Part shown: piece by piece, positions 16,023-32,094 of the stretch
Position numbering within the stretch: the stretch's first letter is position 1
Layout of the letters: the number at the start of each line of letters is the position of its first letter
Assembly: GCF_009914755.1 (NCBI RefSeq)
Contig: NC_060941.1
Length of the DNA: 64,000 nt
Direction: 5' to 3' (one strand)
From: the human T2T-CHM13v2.0 reference genome, Homo sapiens
The notes under the pieces: model-generated
What the model was told of the DNA's origin: nothing
Database searches by the model: none
What the model saw: the letters and a program-made list of their open reading frames with translations, nothing else
Made by a program: the position numbers and the translations under genes

Positions 16023-16699
16023 CTTACATCTGAGCTAAAACCCAGTCTGATCCCATGGATGAGGCTGAATTTGATGGCAAGAAAGCCCAGTTGCTTCCCA
16101 ACTCTCTGCTTCAGTGTAGCCAACCTGGTTGGTCACATGTGCTGAGCAATGGGTGGATGCCTGGCATCACACCTGCATCAGGGGAAGTGAAAGACCCAAA
16201 TTATTGGTCTCAAAGAGTCAAGGAGTTGAGAGAGACCAAGTAAGATTTTCTGGAGAGCTGGGTTACCTGCTGGCAAAGGGAACTAACAGAGATTACAGTC
16301 CCAGTTTTGGGCCATTCTTTTACATATGTAATCTTAAAATGAATACAACCCCTTGCTCAGCAATAGCTACCTTCTGTGGAGAGCTTCACACCCTATCTTG
16401 TTAAATCTTCACAAGAACCTGCCACGTAGGAGGATTCTTCTCTGTTTCTTAGAGAGGTTAGTGAGTGCCAAGACAAGGAGTGTTTTCCAAGATCTTCTGC
16501 ACAGCTGGGAAGTGGCAGAACCAGGAGTGGCACCCAGACGTGCCTGACAAGCCTGGACTTTCCCAAAGCACTGCTCTGTCACTTCACTTTTCCCGCCAAG
16601 CCCAAGATGAAACCACAGAGTGTGGGGAAGGAGCACTGTGGGAAGAGTCAGGAAGCCCATGTATTAGTCTCAGTGAACTCTTTTGGAGCCTGAATGTTA

Positions 16700-17575
16700 C
16701 CCATCCATATGCCCACTCACTCATCCATCCATCTACTCACTCAACCATCCATCCATCCATCCATCCATCCATCCATCCATCCATCCATCCACCCATCCAC
16801 CCATCCGTCTATCTCTTCACCTATCCATTCACCATCCATCTACCACAAATTTACCCATTCATCCATGCATCCATCCCTCCATCTATACATCCCACTATGG
16901 TGCTGAGTTTGCCATTCATCTGTCCATCCATCCATCCATCCATCCATCCATCTCTTCACCCATCCACTCACCATCCACCTACCACCCATTCATCCATCCA
17001 TCCCTCCTTCCCTTCCTCCATCCATTCGTACACCATTCCATTCCTTCATCCATCCATCTCACTATGGTGCTGGGGATGCCATTCATTTGTTTGTCCATCC
17101 ATCCATCCATCCATCCATCCATCCATCCTTCCATCCCTCCATTCATCCATCTCACTATGGTGCTGGGGATGCCATTTATCTGTCCGTCCATCCATCCATC
17201 CATCCATCCACCCATCCATCCATCCGTTTATTCACCCACCCACCATCCACCTACCACCCATTTACCTATTCATTCATCCATCCACCCATCCCCCTCTCCT
17301 TCCCTCTTTCCTGCCACCCATCCAACTCTGGTGCTGGGAATGCCATTCATCTGTCTGGCCATCCATCCATCCATCCATCCACTCACCCACCCATCAACCA
17401 TCTACCCGCCACCCATTTACCTATTCATCCATCCACTTATCCATGCATCCCACTATGGTGCTGGGGATGCCAACCACCTGTCCATTTTTCCATCCATCCA
17501 CCCACCCACGCATCTACCCATCCTTCTCTCCCTCCATCCTTCCATCTCACTATGTTAGGTGCTGGGGATACTGGG
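16700..17575. repeat. (CCAT)n array with six interspersed cactatggtgctggggatgcc-like cassettes
   Basis: Cassettes near 16893, 17060, 17153, 17324, 17451 and 17548. Confidence 0.9.
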
Positions 17576-17765
17576 AGGCATAACAGCCCTCATGAAGCTC
17601 AACAGCTCACCTGGAGGGTTTACACCCACTCAAAGCTTCCCATGGGCTAGGCCACAAGCTCTTCTCAGCTCAATCTCACAATTGGCAGATTAACCAAGAC
17701 CCACAGTTAACCAGAAACTGGAGACTCTCCCTGTAATGACCTTATGTTGTTTTTATTCCATTTAG

Positions 17766-17942
<177 letters not shown>

Positions 17943-18449
17943 TGAGACTATCAAAGAGAGGAGGACCGTGGGCTCTGTGGACTCAGGGTTAGGGGAGAAG
18001 TGGGACCATGGCAGGATGCTAGGTGAGAAGAAATTACGACTGAAGACAGACAGAGGCTGTAGAGTGCAGGGAAGAGCTAATGGGATCTAGATGGCTGGTT
18101 TTCAAACTTTTCTGAGTCACTTCCCCCTTCGAAAATCTGATGAAAGTTATGAGCTCATTCCACTCAAAGATGCACAGACAGACATTCTGTACACAGTTTC
18201 AGCCAGTTCCTTGATCCTGAGGAGACTGTAGACCCCAGCCTCGAAACTCTTGAATCAGTTTTAGATTTAACCTTAATCCACATGACAGGACCTGGAATCT
18301 AACACTTTCTTTCACATCCCAGTGGAGTGGGATCTTTGTAAAGATTCTCCAAGCAGGTTTCATTAAAAAAAAATACCTTTCCTCAAATAGGCCATCTTTC
18401 ATGATGGATAGCCAATGTCCTATGAGTATTTATTTATTTATAGAAATAC

Positions 18450-19040
18450 AGTTCATAAGCTGTTGAGCCCATGGCCCTATTGACATTTTGGGCCAGATAA
18501 TTCTTTTTTTTTCCTATTTATTTATTTATTTATTTATTTAATTCATTTATTATTTGAGACAGGGTCTCACTCTGTTGCCCGGGCTGCAGTGCAGTGGCAT
18601 GCTCATAGCTCACTGCAGCCTTGACCTCTTGGGCTCAGGTGATCCTCCTGCCTTAGCCACCCAAGTAGCTAGGACCACAGGCACATGCCACCGTGCTTGG
18701 CTAATTTTTGAAATTATCTGTAGAGACAGTGTCTTTCTATGTTGCCCAGGCTGGTCTTGAACTCCTGGGCTCAAGCAGTCCTCCTGCCTTGGCCTCCCAA
18801 AGCACTGAGATTACAGGTGTGAGCCACTGTGCCTGGCTCAGATAGACAATTCTTTGGTGAAGCTGTCCTGTGCATTTTAGAATGTTCAGCAGCATCCCCA
18901 GCTCTGCCCATGAGATGTCAGTACCTCCATTCCTCTCCCTGCCCACCTAAGCCCCAGTCCTAACAATCAAAAATGTCTCCAGACATTGCCCATTGTACCC
19001 TGGGAAGGAAGTCAACATTACTCTGGCTGACAACCACTGA
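18450..19040. mobile_element. MER20 DNA transposon split by an antisense AluJ (18504-18837)
   Basis: attgacattttgggccagataattctt ... aaaaatgtctccagacattgcc ... acaaccactg; Alu TSD aga(t/c)aattcttt. Confidence 0.85.
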
Positions 19041-19668
19041 TTCCAATGAACCATCCTAGACCCATTTAAACAGATCTTAGGTAGTTTCATTGCTTTCTGT
19101 CAAACATTGTCTTTGGGTAGCAAGGGTGTCATCTCTAGCCTAGGGTGCATCTATAGGGCTCTGCAGAGCCTTAAGGCATGAGTGGGGGCCTGTAGGGGTG
19201 TGCAGGGGAAGGAGGAGGGTGGAAGTGGGAGGGGAAAGAAAAAGGAGCCAGAAATGTTAGCAAGGCAGCTCTGGGACAGTGTTTGCTTTTGCTCCCTGGA
19301 GAGGGTCACCGGGGGAACCATTAGGTCTCTTGTCCACAAGCTGGAGAGACCCTTCCTTTGATACACACAGGGCACAGTCAGCCTTAACTCAGCTGTTCCC
19401 AGGGCAGCCTTTCCCGTGTTCCCCTTGCCAGAGAACAGATCACTGCTGAGGCCTTGTAGGCTTGGTTGCCATGGAAACAGAATCCTCGAGTAAAAGATTG
19501 AACCTGGGTGGAAGGGTTGCTTTTTTTTATGGCTAACTAGCAGCTCTGGAAACCTCTTTCCTGGGGAGGAGAGAGAGGGTGGAGGCAGAAAGCACATCAC
19601 TCATTCTGAGATGGGGGGGTGGGAACAAAGGGTCACCCATCCGTGACCCAAGCCAGGATACTGCTCAG

Positions 19669-19670
<2 letters not shown>

Positions 19671-19716
<46 letters not shown>
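19671..19716. repeat. (GT)23 microsatellite
   Basis: Perfect dinucleotide run. Confidence 0.97.
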
Positions 19717-19717
<1 letters not shown>

Positions 19718-20371
19718 GGGGGTGGTTAGGCAGGACCTTAACTTCATCCATTTGAGAGGGAAGCTAAGGAGCTGAGCTGCTCCATCCTGGGGGTGACTTC
19801 TGAGGAGGGTGACCAGATTACTGTCTTTACTGAGGAGGCATCTTTGTGCTCCTTGGCCTTCAGAGCCCACTTCCTGCGGATGTGGATGCTGGCAACACCC
19901 TCAGCCCAGAACCCAGTGGGCAGGCTGGGTGTACGACAGAGGGTGCCTTTGCCATGGTGGGGTGTGATACGGGCTGTGTCTCCGCTGTTTACCGTTATCT
20001 TCTCTGTCTCTCTCTCTCTCTCTTCCCAGCTATCTATCTATCTCCTGTCTGTGCACTCTGGCTGCTGTGGAATAAAGTATTAAGAAGAATAAAGAACTGC
20101 AATTCTCATGCATGCAGAGCCCCTTCCAGCCCTCCCCTCAGGCAGCCCCAGCATGCTGTGGTTTATCTGTCTGCAACATTTTCCACTGTCTGCGAGTCCC
20201 CTGTGTTCCCGGGTTAATCTGCCCTGAGAGAAGAGGGTTGCCAAGAGCATGAAGCATCTCCATGAAGACCTGGGAGTGCAGAGGCTTTGGATTTTTGTCT
20301 CACTTCAGAGAACTCATGGTGCCTGAGCTGGTTTGAAGAGAGGTCATTTTGAGAAGGAATCGATCCTTCTT

Positions 20372-21411
<1,040 letters not shown>

Positions 21412-22817
21412 CGAGAATGAGTAAATTCTTGAGAAGATGTATCTGTTTTCCCCAAATAGAGGCAAGTAACCGTCAACCATAAGGAGGAAAGTCATTAGGT
21501 TGGCAGGTGTCTCGGGCCCTGGGTGGCCCACTCCCACTGGCTAATGGCAGCTGGGAGGGACTGGCCAGGGGCCGGGACCACACTCTAGAAGTGAGTCCTC
21601 TTTTAGCTCCAATACCTTGAGGCATACGGAACCCCCAACTCCTGCACCCCAGGAGGTGATGGGGGCAGGGGCCGCTCATGGCAGGATCACTGCCATCATT
21701 TAGGGATGAGGGCAGTGTCGGGTGCTGAAGAGACCCTTGACATTGGCCTGAGCCCCAGCTCTGCCACTTCCGGTCCATGTGATCTTGGGCAAGCTCTTTC
21801 TTGAGCCACAGTCTCAGTTTCCTCATCTCTAACAGGGGAAGCATGCTAGTTCCTTCATCAGAGGATTAAGCAGGATCACTTATGTGTAGTGTCTAGAATG
21901 CTAATCAACACGTAGAGACACTCCACACACAGCTGGTATTATTCTAAATGTTGTCATGCTATGAGAGAGAATTTATGGGACTTGTAGACCTCAGACTCCA
22001 TGTTAGGGTGCTGTACCTAGCCAATTTCCTCTTCTGCCTTTTCACCTTCTCATACTTCTCCCCTGGTTAGAGGTGGAAGGAGGGGTTACATGCCAATTTC
22101 AACCTCTCTGCCTACTCCAATAAGCAGCTGCTCAGAACCTCAGTCTACACTGGCGAGTATACAGATCTTTTGGTAAAAGGCAGAAATATGGCCTCCCAGT
22201 ATAAAATACTGTGCTCTGCAGAGGTGCTCAGCCTGGAGCCCTCACACACCATATGCTCCCGCCAATAGGGGACAAACTTCTTTCTTCTTGTGGCTTCTGT
22301 GTGACCATGCCTAGCTGAGGGAAGGGAAGGGGCTGATGTTTGCTGACAGCTCCCTGCGTGCCAGGCATGGACCTGAGTGCGCCACCCTTTGTAACGGCTC
22401 AGCTAAGACTCACTACTGCGTTAGAAGGTAGATGGCCACGTTGACCTCCGTTTCACGGTTGAGAAAGCAGGCCGAGAGAGAGGGTGGCTCCCCCAAGGAC
22501 ACACAGCTGAGAAGTGGTGAAGCCAGGATCTGAACCTCAGCTGATGGCCGCCAGAGCCCACTCCACATCCTGCCTGATGTTTTCTAATGTCCTTATTGTG
22601 GCTTTTAGAAGTTTTTCTGCATTTCCTGAAGTCCATTAACAGAGACAATGTCAGTTTCCTTTTTCACATGAAGAAAACAAAATAGAGAGACATAGCCGTT
22701 TGCCCAAGGTGACCCAGCCAGGATTCAGTTACGTGTTTCCAGTTCTGTAGCTCATGGGCCTCCCTGATCCAACCGCTGCTCCCCTCTCCACCCCACAAGG
22801 CCTACGTCCTGCACCCA

Positions 22818-22985
22818 GGGCCGGCTTCATGGGCAGGGGGCTTGTACAGCCGCCCAAGACCCCACCCTCAGAAGGACCCTTGTTTGATTTAATGTTCTGT
22901 TACCATCTCAGAATTCCTTACACTTTTTTTCTGAACAGTGAACTGCATTTTTATTTTGCACTGAGCCTTGCAAATTGTAAGCAAT
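22818..22985. mobile_element. MER91-like DNA transposon remnant
   Basis: agggccggcttcatggg ... ttttattttgcactgagccttgcaaatt. Confidence 0.5.
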
Positions 22986-23095
22986 TCTACCTCTACTTGA
23001 TGAGGTCGTACCTGGCTGGACGGCTATTTACTTCACATGATCGCAATCTTAAATCCAAGACTCCTTAGACAGCTGCACCCCCTTAATTTTTTTAA

Positions 23096-23096
<1 letters not shown>

Positions 23097-23144
<48 letters not shown>

Positions 23145-23172
23145 CCTACCTACCTACATACCTATCTATCTA
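23097..23172. repeat. (TCTA)12(CCTA)n tetranucleotide STR at an Alu tail
   Basis: Direct reading. Confidence 0.95.
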
Positions 23173-23456
23173 TTTTGAGACAGTCTTGCTCTGTCACCCA
23201 GGCATGAGTGCAGTGGCACAATCTCGGACCACTGCAACCTCCGCCTCCTGGGTTCAAAAGATTTTTATGCCTTAGCCTACTGAGTAGCTGGGATTACAGA
23301 TGTGTGCCACCATGCACAGCTAATTTTTATATTTTTAGTAGAGACAAGGTTGTGTCTTTTTGGCCGGGCTGATCTCAAAATCCTGTCCTCGAGTGATCCG
23401 CCTGCCTTGGACTCTCAAAGTGCTAGGATTACAGATGTGAGCCACCACGCCTGGCC
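23173..23456 (-). mobile_element. Alu
   Basis: Antisense dimer. Confidence 0.92.
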
Positions 23457-23784
<328 letters not shown>

Positions 23785-24299
23785 TGAGTTTCTCTGCAGA
23801 TACCTGCCTGGCTACCCCATCCCAAGGTCCTTGCTTATTTCTCCCCTGCACTCCTGCCGGTGGCCTGACCCCTTCTGCCCTGTGCCAATTGTCTGCACCC
23901 TCCATCCGGGGTTTGCCAGTCAGCCGGCCCAGAGCTATGTAAACAACAAGTCTAGATGTGTCCCTATTTGGGCAACTCTGCAAGGGAAAAATAAGAAGTT
24001 GTTAGAATGCTAAGAATGCAGAGCATCCGGAGATTCCTTAAGCAGAGTCTTCCTCCTGTAGCAAAGTGTGTCGCTGAGATGAGGCATAAAGAAGTGGCTT
24101 CACTCCAGGAGGGCCGGCAGCTGAGAAAGGAGGGAAGTTGTGTGTGAATGCCAGGCTGGAAAAAAACTCTTATTTCTTATTTTATCATGAGGTGGTTTTC
24201 TTTGAATTGCTTAGAATTGTGCGTACTTTTTTTTTGTAACAACTTCGTTTTAACATAATGTTTCTTATTGCCTTTGGCTAAGATATAATAATATTGATA

Positions 24300-24430
24300 G
24301 TAGGTTTGAAAGACTTAGCAAATAAAAATACAGGATTCCCAGTTATGTTTGAATTTCAGATAAGCAATGAATATCTTTTTTTGCATAATAGGTCCCAAAT
24401 ATTGCCTGTGAATCCTGCATTTTATCTGAT
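24300..24430. mobile_element. Second, internally deleted MER53-like remnant
   Basis: ttagcaaataaaaatacaggattcccagtt...gaatttcagataa. Confidence 0.65.
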
Positions 24431-24684
24431 GAGGGCTTAAATTGTGCCGCTCACGTGCTCAGTGGTGGTGTAGTAGCCCTAATGAATAGGCACTGTGTGT
24501 GGGTCTCTGCTATGTGCCAGGGACCTTATGTCTATTATCGCATTTAGTCCCTCTTTTTTTCTATTCTCCTTTTACGAATGAGAAATTAGAGGCTCTGAGA
24601 TGCTGAGCAACTCATCCAAGGTCATAGCCAGGAAGTGGTAGGACTAGAATTTTAACCTTTGTCCGATCCCCAAAGCCCATATGC

Positions 24685-25062
24685 TTCTATTTCTTTTTTT
24701 CCTTCCTTCCTTTTTTCTCTCTTTCCTTCCCTCCTTCATTCTGTCTCTCCCTCCCTCCTCTCTCTTTTCTTTTTTCTTTTCCTTTCCTTTCCTTTCCCTT
24801 TCATTCTTTGTTTCTTTCTCTTTCTCTTTCTTTCTTTCTCTTTCTTTCCTCTCTCTCTCCTTCCTTCCTTCCTTCTTTCCTTCCTTCTCACTGTCTCTCT
24901 CTCTCTCTCTCTTTCTTTTTTGAGACAAGGTCTTGTTCTGTCACCCAGGCTCCAGTGCAGTGGTGCCATTGTAGCTCACTGCCACCTCAAACTCCTGGGC
25001 TCAAGCAATCCTCTGTCCTCAGCCTCCAGTAGTTGCTGGGACCACAGGCATGTACCACCATC
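24685..25062 (-). repeat. ~235-bp polypyrimidine (CTTT/CCTT/CT) tract abutting an Alu right-arm monomer (~24915-25062)
   Basis: Direct reading. Confidence 0.88.
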
Positions 25063-26194
25063 CATACTCTTTCCTGAATCTCTTCTCCACCACTCCCTCC
25101 AAATCAATTTGTCTCTTCACCTTTTAAAAAGTTCAGGACTCTTTTCTCTCACTGTCCCCTCCCTGTACACACTCCTAGAAGAGCAGAGATCCCTGTATGT
25201 TAATCTAGAGGAAGCAGATCCCATGGATGGCTGCTTTTTCCAGGTTCATAATTTATTGTACAAATTGAATTATCACATGACAAGTCGACATGAGCTTCTC
25301 CAGGCATGAGAACTAAACGGCTGAGGCACAGACAGTTTAGAATCCATTATATTGCTTTCACAGATGGAGTTTTTTTAGATCTTGACTTGAAGTGAAAGAT
25401 CATCAAAGCAATGCCTCCATATGTGGCCAGTACTCAACTCACTGTACTTGTGAGCGTCTAAGAGTTGAAATGCATTTTAACGCCTGGAATTGGGCATCAG
25501 TTTCTGGACCTGCCATGATTTCAATCTAGCCAAAGCCACACATTCCACAGCCACTGTCCTTCAATGTACGCAACCTGGACAGCTATTTTTAAAGCTAGAA
25601 ATACAAGCTAAATTCATGTGGACAATCCAAGGTAGAGGTGGGAAAGTCTCACCTTCAACCAAATCCTATTAATGGAGAGCAAGCTGCAGTTCCATTCCCA
25701 GAAGGTAACTGGTAATTCTGGGAATCAGAAAACAAAATAGCAAACTACAGCACAGAGGCAGAGCCCTAGGGAGATAATAAAATCAAATGAAGTGAACAGG
25801 AGTATACAAATTGTAAACCCCCGAAGACTGAGATAATGGCCCTAGAAGCAAGTATAGTAAGCCAAAGGGAGACCCCCTAGAGGCAGAATGGAAATGAGCA
25901 TGGCAGAAAGTCCTGCAAATACAGCTCCCTGCAGGGCCCAGAGAACACCAGGCAGCCAGGATGCATCTGTGTGCGTCCACTCAGGAGCCCTGTGCCCCCA
26001 TGTTCTGGCCGCAGAACAGTGGCCGACAGGCAGAAAGCTTGATGCTGGGGTCTGGACACCTTGGAGGTGCTTATGACACTGGCGGCTGAGTGTGAGCCCA
26101 GCACGATTCTGCACCATCATGAGTGTTAAGGACAGAGTGTTTCTGGTACTTGTATTTTGTCTTGCGTTACGGCTCTAGTTCACTTTTGGTTTAC

Positions 26195-26197
26195 ATT

Positions 26198-26244
<47 letters not shown>

Positions 26245-26535
26245 TTCTGAGATGGAGTCTCGCTCTGTGGCCGAGGCTGGAGTGCAGTAGCATGATCTCG
26301 GCTCACTGCAGCCTCCACTTCCTGGGTTCAAGCAATTCTCCTGGGTCAGTCCCGCCTCCACCCCACCCCCCACCAAGTAACTGGGATTACAGGTGTTCAT
26401 CACCATGCCCGGCTAATTTTTGTATTTTCAGTAGAGATGGGGGTCTCACCATGTTGGCCAGGCTGACCTTAGATGATCAGCCTGCCTCAGCTTCCCAAAG
26501 AGCTGGGGTTACAGGCGTGAGCCACCGAACCCGGC
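26195..26535 (-). mobile_element. Alu with (TTTA)n tail and C-rich internal insert
   Basis: Antisense dimer. Confidence 0.9.
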
Positions 26536-27541
26536 CTTGTTTATGTTTTAAATTAAGTGACTGGACAGAGTCATTCCATCCTGTAGCACTCTCAGCTTCA
26601 GGGCAAGGAAGGAATGGGAAGAGAGCAGGCTAGGAGGAAAAAGTGAACAGGATCAGCGATTTTGTGTTTCTCAACAATCGCTCTTCAGCTTTGCAAAGGG
26701 AAGAGCTGAATTTGAATCCTGGCCCATCCAATTACTGACCAGGAGGTGTTGAGAAGTTTACCCACAACCTCTCAGAAGCTTTGTTTCCTCAGCTAAAAAT
26801 TAGTATAATAAAATCTCCTTACCTTAAGCTTTGTAAAGACTCAAAGAAGTATAAATTGCTTTGCAGTAGTTGCTAGGCAGTTATCATTATGTAAAAGTAC
26901 AGCTCCCCCTTTGAGCAGAGGGCATAAACCAGTAGATGCTATTCTGAATAACCCACTCCAGCAAGGCTCCAACAGAAGGAAGTAATTATAAAGTATTAGA
27001 TTTGAATGTAAGTCCACTCTGGCCCCAGGGTCCTTTTCTACCTGAAATGTGCATCTTCTAAAACAGTGCCTTAGGTTGGAAGAGAATGGGATCAAATAAG
27101 TATGACTGCCAATGCATTTGGATCATTTGGGGAGTGCTTTCAATTTTTTAGTGGAAAAAAATGCTATTAAGCTTAGAAAATGTCCCCATTCTTCTAGGCC
27201 CCCAAGCATGCTGAAGTCATCATTTATTACACATTTACTGAGCATCTACTCTGCATCGGACATTGTGCTAGGGAAGATAGACCTGGTCCCCTGCCATTAA
27301 TGGTGCCTTCATGTTGATTCATACATTAAACAAAGAGTCACACAAATAAGGATAAAATTCAAATGGCGATCAGTGCTATGAAGGAGGAAGTCAGGGTGTA
27401 TAAGAGCCTAAAACTTAGAGAACTACGTGAGCCTTACCTTTCTGAGATAACTCTTCCTAATCCCCTATGCAGGAAAAAGATTTCTTGTGAAAAGCAATGA
27501 TAGAAGAGCAATCCGGGGAAGCAAAATGAAACCCAGCCTGA

Positions 27542-28065
<524 letters not shown>

Positions 28066-28274
28066 GAGGCTCCTCTTGAAGTATAAGAGTCAGTACCAGC
28101 CAGCCCCTGGACACAACCAAACCTAGAAGAACTGAGGCTGGGATCACCACCTTGCCCAGTCTCCAGGAGTTACATGGAGCAGAAAAGTGGTGCAGAGGAA
28201 GCACGGCCCACTGCAATTGCAGATCTATGTATTTTAGCCAGAGATAGATCTGAATGGTTTCCAGGAGCTTCTAA

Positions 28275-28964
<690 letters not shown>

Positions 28965-29319
28965 TAATCCATATCTCAGACAGGAATCTGTATCTCTCAC
29001 TCTACAGATCATTCTGTAGGCACTATGCTAAACTGACACCAGTTTCAAATTTAGTCCTTAATTGATCTTGGCCTTTAGGTGAGCAAAGTTACAGTGGTAA
29101 ATTACGCTCCTTCGCTTACAAAATCTCTTGCTTGGTATTTATTCCCCAGGGGTTACATAGAATAGAGTGGAGGCAGTAGACATGGAGAAATCCTATCTTT
29201 TAAGAAAGAAAAAAATGGGCATTTTTCTCATGGGGAAGGATTTTTATTTTTCAAATGGGTGTTTGAACTGTAATGATTTCATGACATCTGCCTAACGGTT
29301 TTGTTTCTTTGTCTTACAG

Positions 29320-29349
29320 AAACAAACAGTCGTTGCTGTCAAAAAAGAG
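29320..29349 (+). CDS. RGS9: RGS9 exon 10 (30 nt): KQTVVAVKKE
   Basis: cctaac branch motif, pyrimidine tract, cag / GAG|gtaatt; phase 0-0. Confidence 0.95.
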
Positions 29350-30190
29350 GTAATTAGTCTTACACTTCCAGTGAAGAATGGTTTTAAATCTTCTAACAGG
29401 TTATATGTACTTTGTTTTACCCTCTGCGCTTGGTAATGAAATGAAAACCACGTGCAATGTTCAAACAATTATTTCCAAATTCACGGACAGCACAGAGTGA
29501 CGAAGCATCTTCTGTAAGCTCTGGCTGGGGCTGGGGCTGAGGCTGGCACTCAGGGTCTGAAAAACCCCTCGAAGGCACAGAGCTGAGGGGTGGCCAGAGA
29601 GGACTGTGGAACCAATGCTGCAGGCTGCAGAGACTCTACATCCCCAACGTGGCCCCTGCACCTATCATTACAGGGCCAGAATCTACCCAAGGTGGCAACT
29701 GCCTATTTTGGCAAATCTTATGTCTGGGGCCCAAGACAGAGTCCTGGGAACCATGGGGCATTGAGCTGGGGTGTACGGTTAGCTATCTGAACGTGGAGGA
29801 AGGTGGTTGAGGAGGGGATAACTTGCTTTGGCCAATGCTGCAGAATCAGGAAGTTTAAGGATGTCACCTGTGGTGGGGACCACTCTCTGCTTCTGTCTGC
29901 CAGAGACATGTGAGGGAAAAGCCAAGCGTTTGTCCCCGTGTCTCAGTCGAATGCTCCTTAGAACTTTTTTTTTTTTCTGCTGATGCTTTTTCCCAGACTA
30001 ATACATAATGGCTGAAGGAGGCCACTGATTTGAAGTCTGTGGTCATCTGTCCACTGTGGGCCTGACCCACTGGTACTGAGGGGGCTGGCTCTGGGCATGG
30101 AACGGGATGTGGCTCTGGGTAAATGGCTTCTGGGTTTGGAGGCTGTGTGTAGTGACACTGAAGGGTGGGAGGGGGTTGAATACCTTCTAA

Positions 30191-30364
<174 letters not shown>

Positions 30365-31461
30365 TGAAGATTCAGCAGAACTGTGAGGGACAAAACCAGT
30401 CTCTTGGGGGCTTAGTTCCTAGTTCATCCCTCAGAATAAACCTCCGGGTCTCATCTTGGGTTATGCAAAATCGAGCGTAGGTGAGGTTCTAGAAAAGACT
30501 GTTATGTTTCTTGGAATCCACTAATGTGTGGATGGGGAAGTTAGAAAGAGTTGGAAGTCCGTGGACTGTAGACCCTGTGAGGATCCAAGACAGCCTGGGT
30601 TCCTATCGTTACTGGTTCCAATTCATTAGGAGTGTGTGAGTCATGTTTACTGGTTCCATGTGCTACTAAATGTCCATTGTTCATCTTTGATTTAAAATCC
30701 CATTAAGATAAATTGGACATTTATGTTTGATTTATTGAACTTTCTGGCTACCTTGACCCAGCCCCCCATAGGACATCATCTAGGAGACAAGAAAGAGCTG
30801 AGTGCTGCCTCCCACGTGCAAGCAGTTATTCTTTTAAAATGCGGAATTTATCTTAGGACTGCATTTCTAACTCTGGGATTTTCCTGCACACATGAAAATA
30901 AACTTGGCTTATTCCTGGGAGGCACGATGTGACTAATCATGTATTCTGACTGTGTAAGACTCAAGTCATGGTACTAATCGGGACTGAAGATGCTGTTTTG
31001 TTTAGTGCCTTCCTTCAATATGTTTAAGGGTTGGGCTCTTGTAAAAATGTTTTACATCTTCCTATGTCCCCAGTTTGCAAAAATGCCATCTGCCTGAGAA
31101 AATATGCCCTGACCCCACACACATTTCAGTGACTCTGCTGCTGCTAAGCCCTGATCCCAGCTGAGGAGGGCACCTGTGTACTCAGGGGCATTCACTTTGG
31201 GTTATAATAATCATCATTGTTCAGTGATAAACTCAAAACCATTTACTTCCGTGTTCCATAAACCCAGTTTCATGAAACCAAACAGAAAGAAAATGGAAGG
31301 AGACCCAAGGATAGTTCTTAGACCCAGTTTCCAATTTTTATTTGTCTCAGGACCTCATTACCGTAATTTTGACATCATTAGTGTTTTGACCTGTGAACCA
31401 GTTTTTTTTTTTGTTGTTGTTGTTGTTTTTTACCTCCAGCTTCTCCACTGGTAAATGTCTG

Positions 31462-31800
31462 GGCCCGTCGAGGTGCCTCATGCCTGTAATCCCAGTACTT
31501 TGGGAGGCTGGGGTGGGCAGATCACCTGAGGTCAGGATTTCAGGGCTGAGGTCGGGGCGGATCACCTGAGGTCAGGAGTTCAAGACCAGCCTGGTCAAAA
31601 TGGAGCCCCGTCTCTACTAAAAATACAAAAATTAGCCAGGAATGGTGGTGTGCCCCTGTAGTCTCAGCTACTTGGGAGGCTGAGGCACAAGAATTGCTTG
31701 AACCCAGGAGGAGGTGGCTTCAGTGAGCTGAGATAGCGCCACTGCACTCCAGCCTGGGAGACAGAGCAAGACTTTGTCTCAAAAAGAAAAAAATAAAAAA
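31462..31800 (+). mobile_element. Alu with internal duplication of gatcacctgaggtcagga
   Basis: Motif at 31520 and 31560. Confidence 0.92.
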
Positions 31801-32094
31801 GGTCTGATTGTCGACTAAGAGAGTCTCGGGAGAGAATAAGCCAGGGGGCTTGAGTTCTGAATAGAATTGCAAACCCAGTGCTTGTCTCTAAGGTACCAGT
31901 GGTTTATCTCTAAGGCATGGATCCTGTTCTGTCCAAATCTTATGGCTGAGGGAAGACTTCAGGGCAGGTGCATTTCACATTCACTGTGGACACAATTCCC
32001 CACCTACGGGGAGGAGGCACAGCAGGTTTTCAATACCCAGACAGCAGGAAATGCATTGACTCAGAAGGTCTGACTCAACTCAAGGGAATTAGCT

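Noticed and set aside
16465-17650. Long ORFs of 372, 291 and 187 aa (HPSI repeats)
   Set aside because: Translations of the stop-poor (CCAT)n array; no domain or gene structure.
19630-19649. GGGTCAC-n6-GTGACCC inverted repeat resembling an oestrogen response element
   Set aside because: Half-site spacing is 8 rather than 3; plausible by chance.
24644-25309. ORFs up to 216 aa rich in F/L/S or E/K/R
   Set aside because: Polypyrimidine tract plus Alu sequence.
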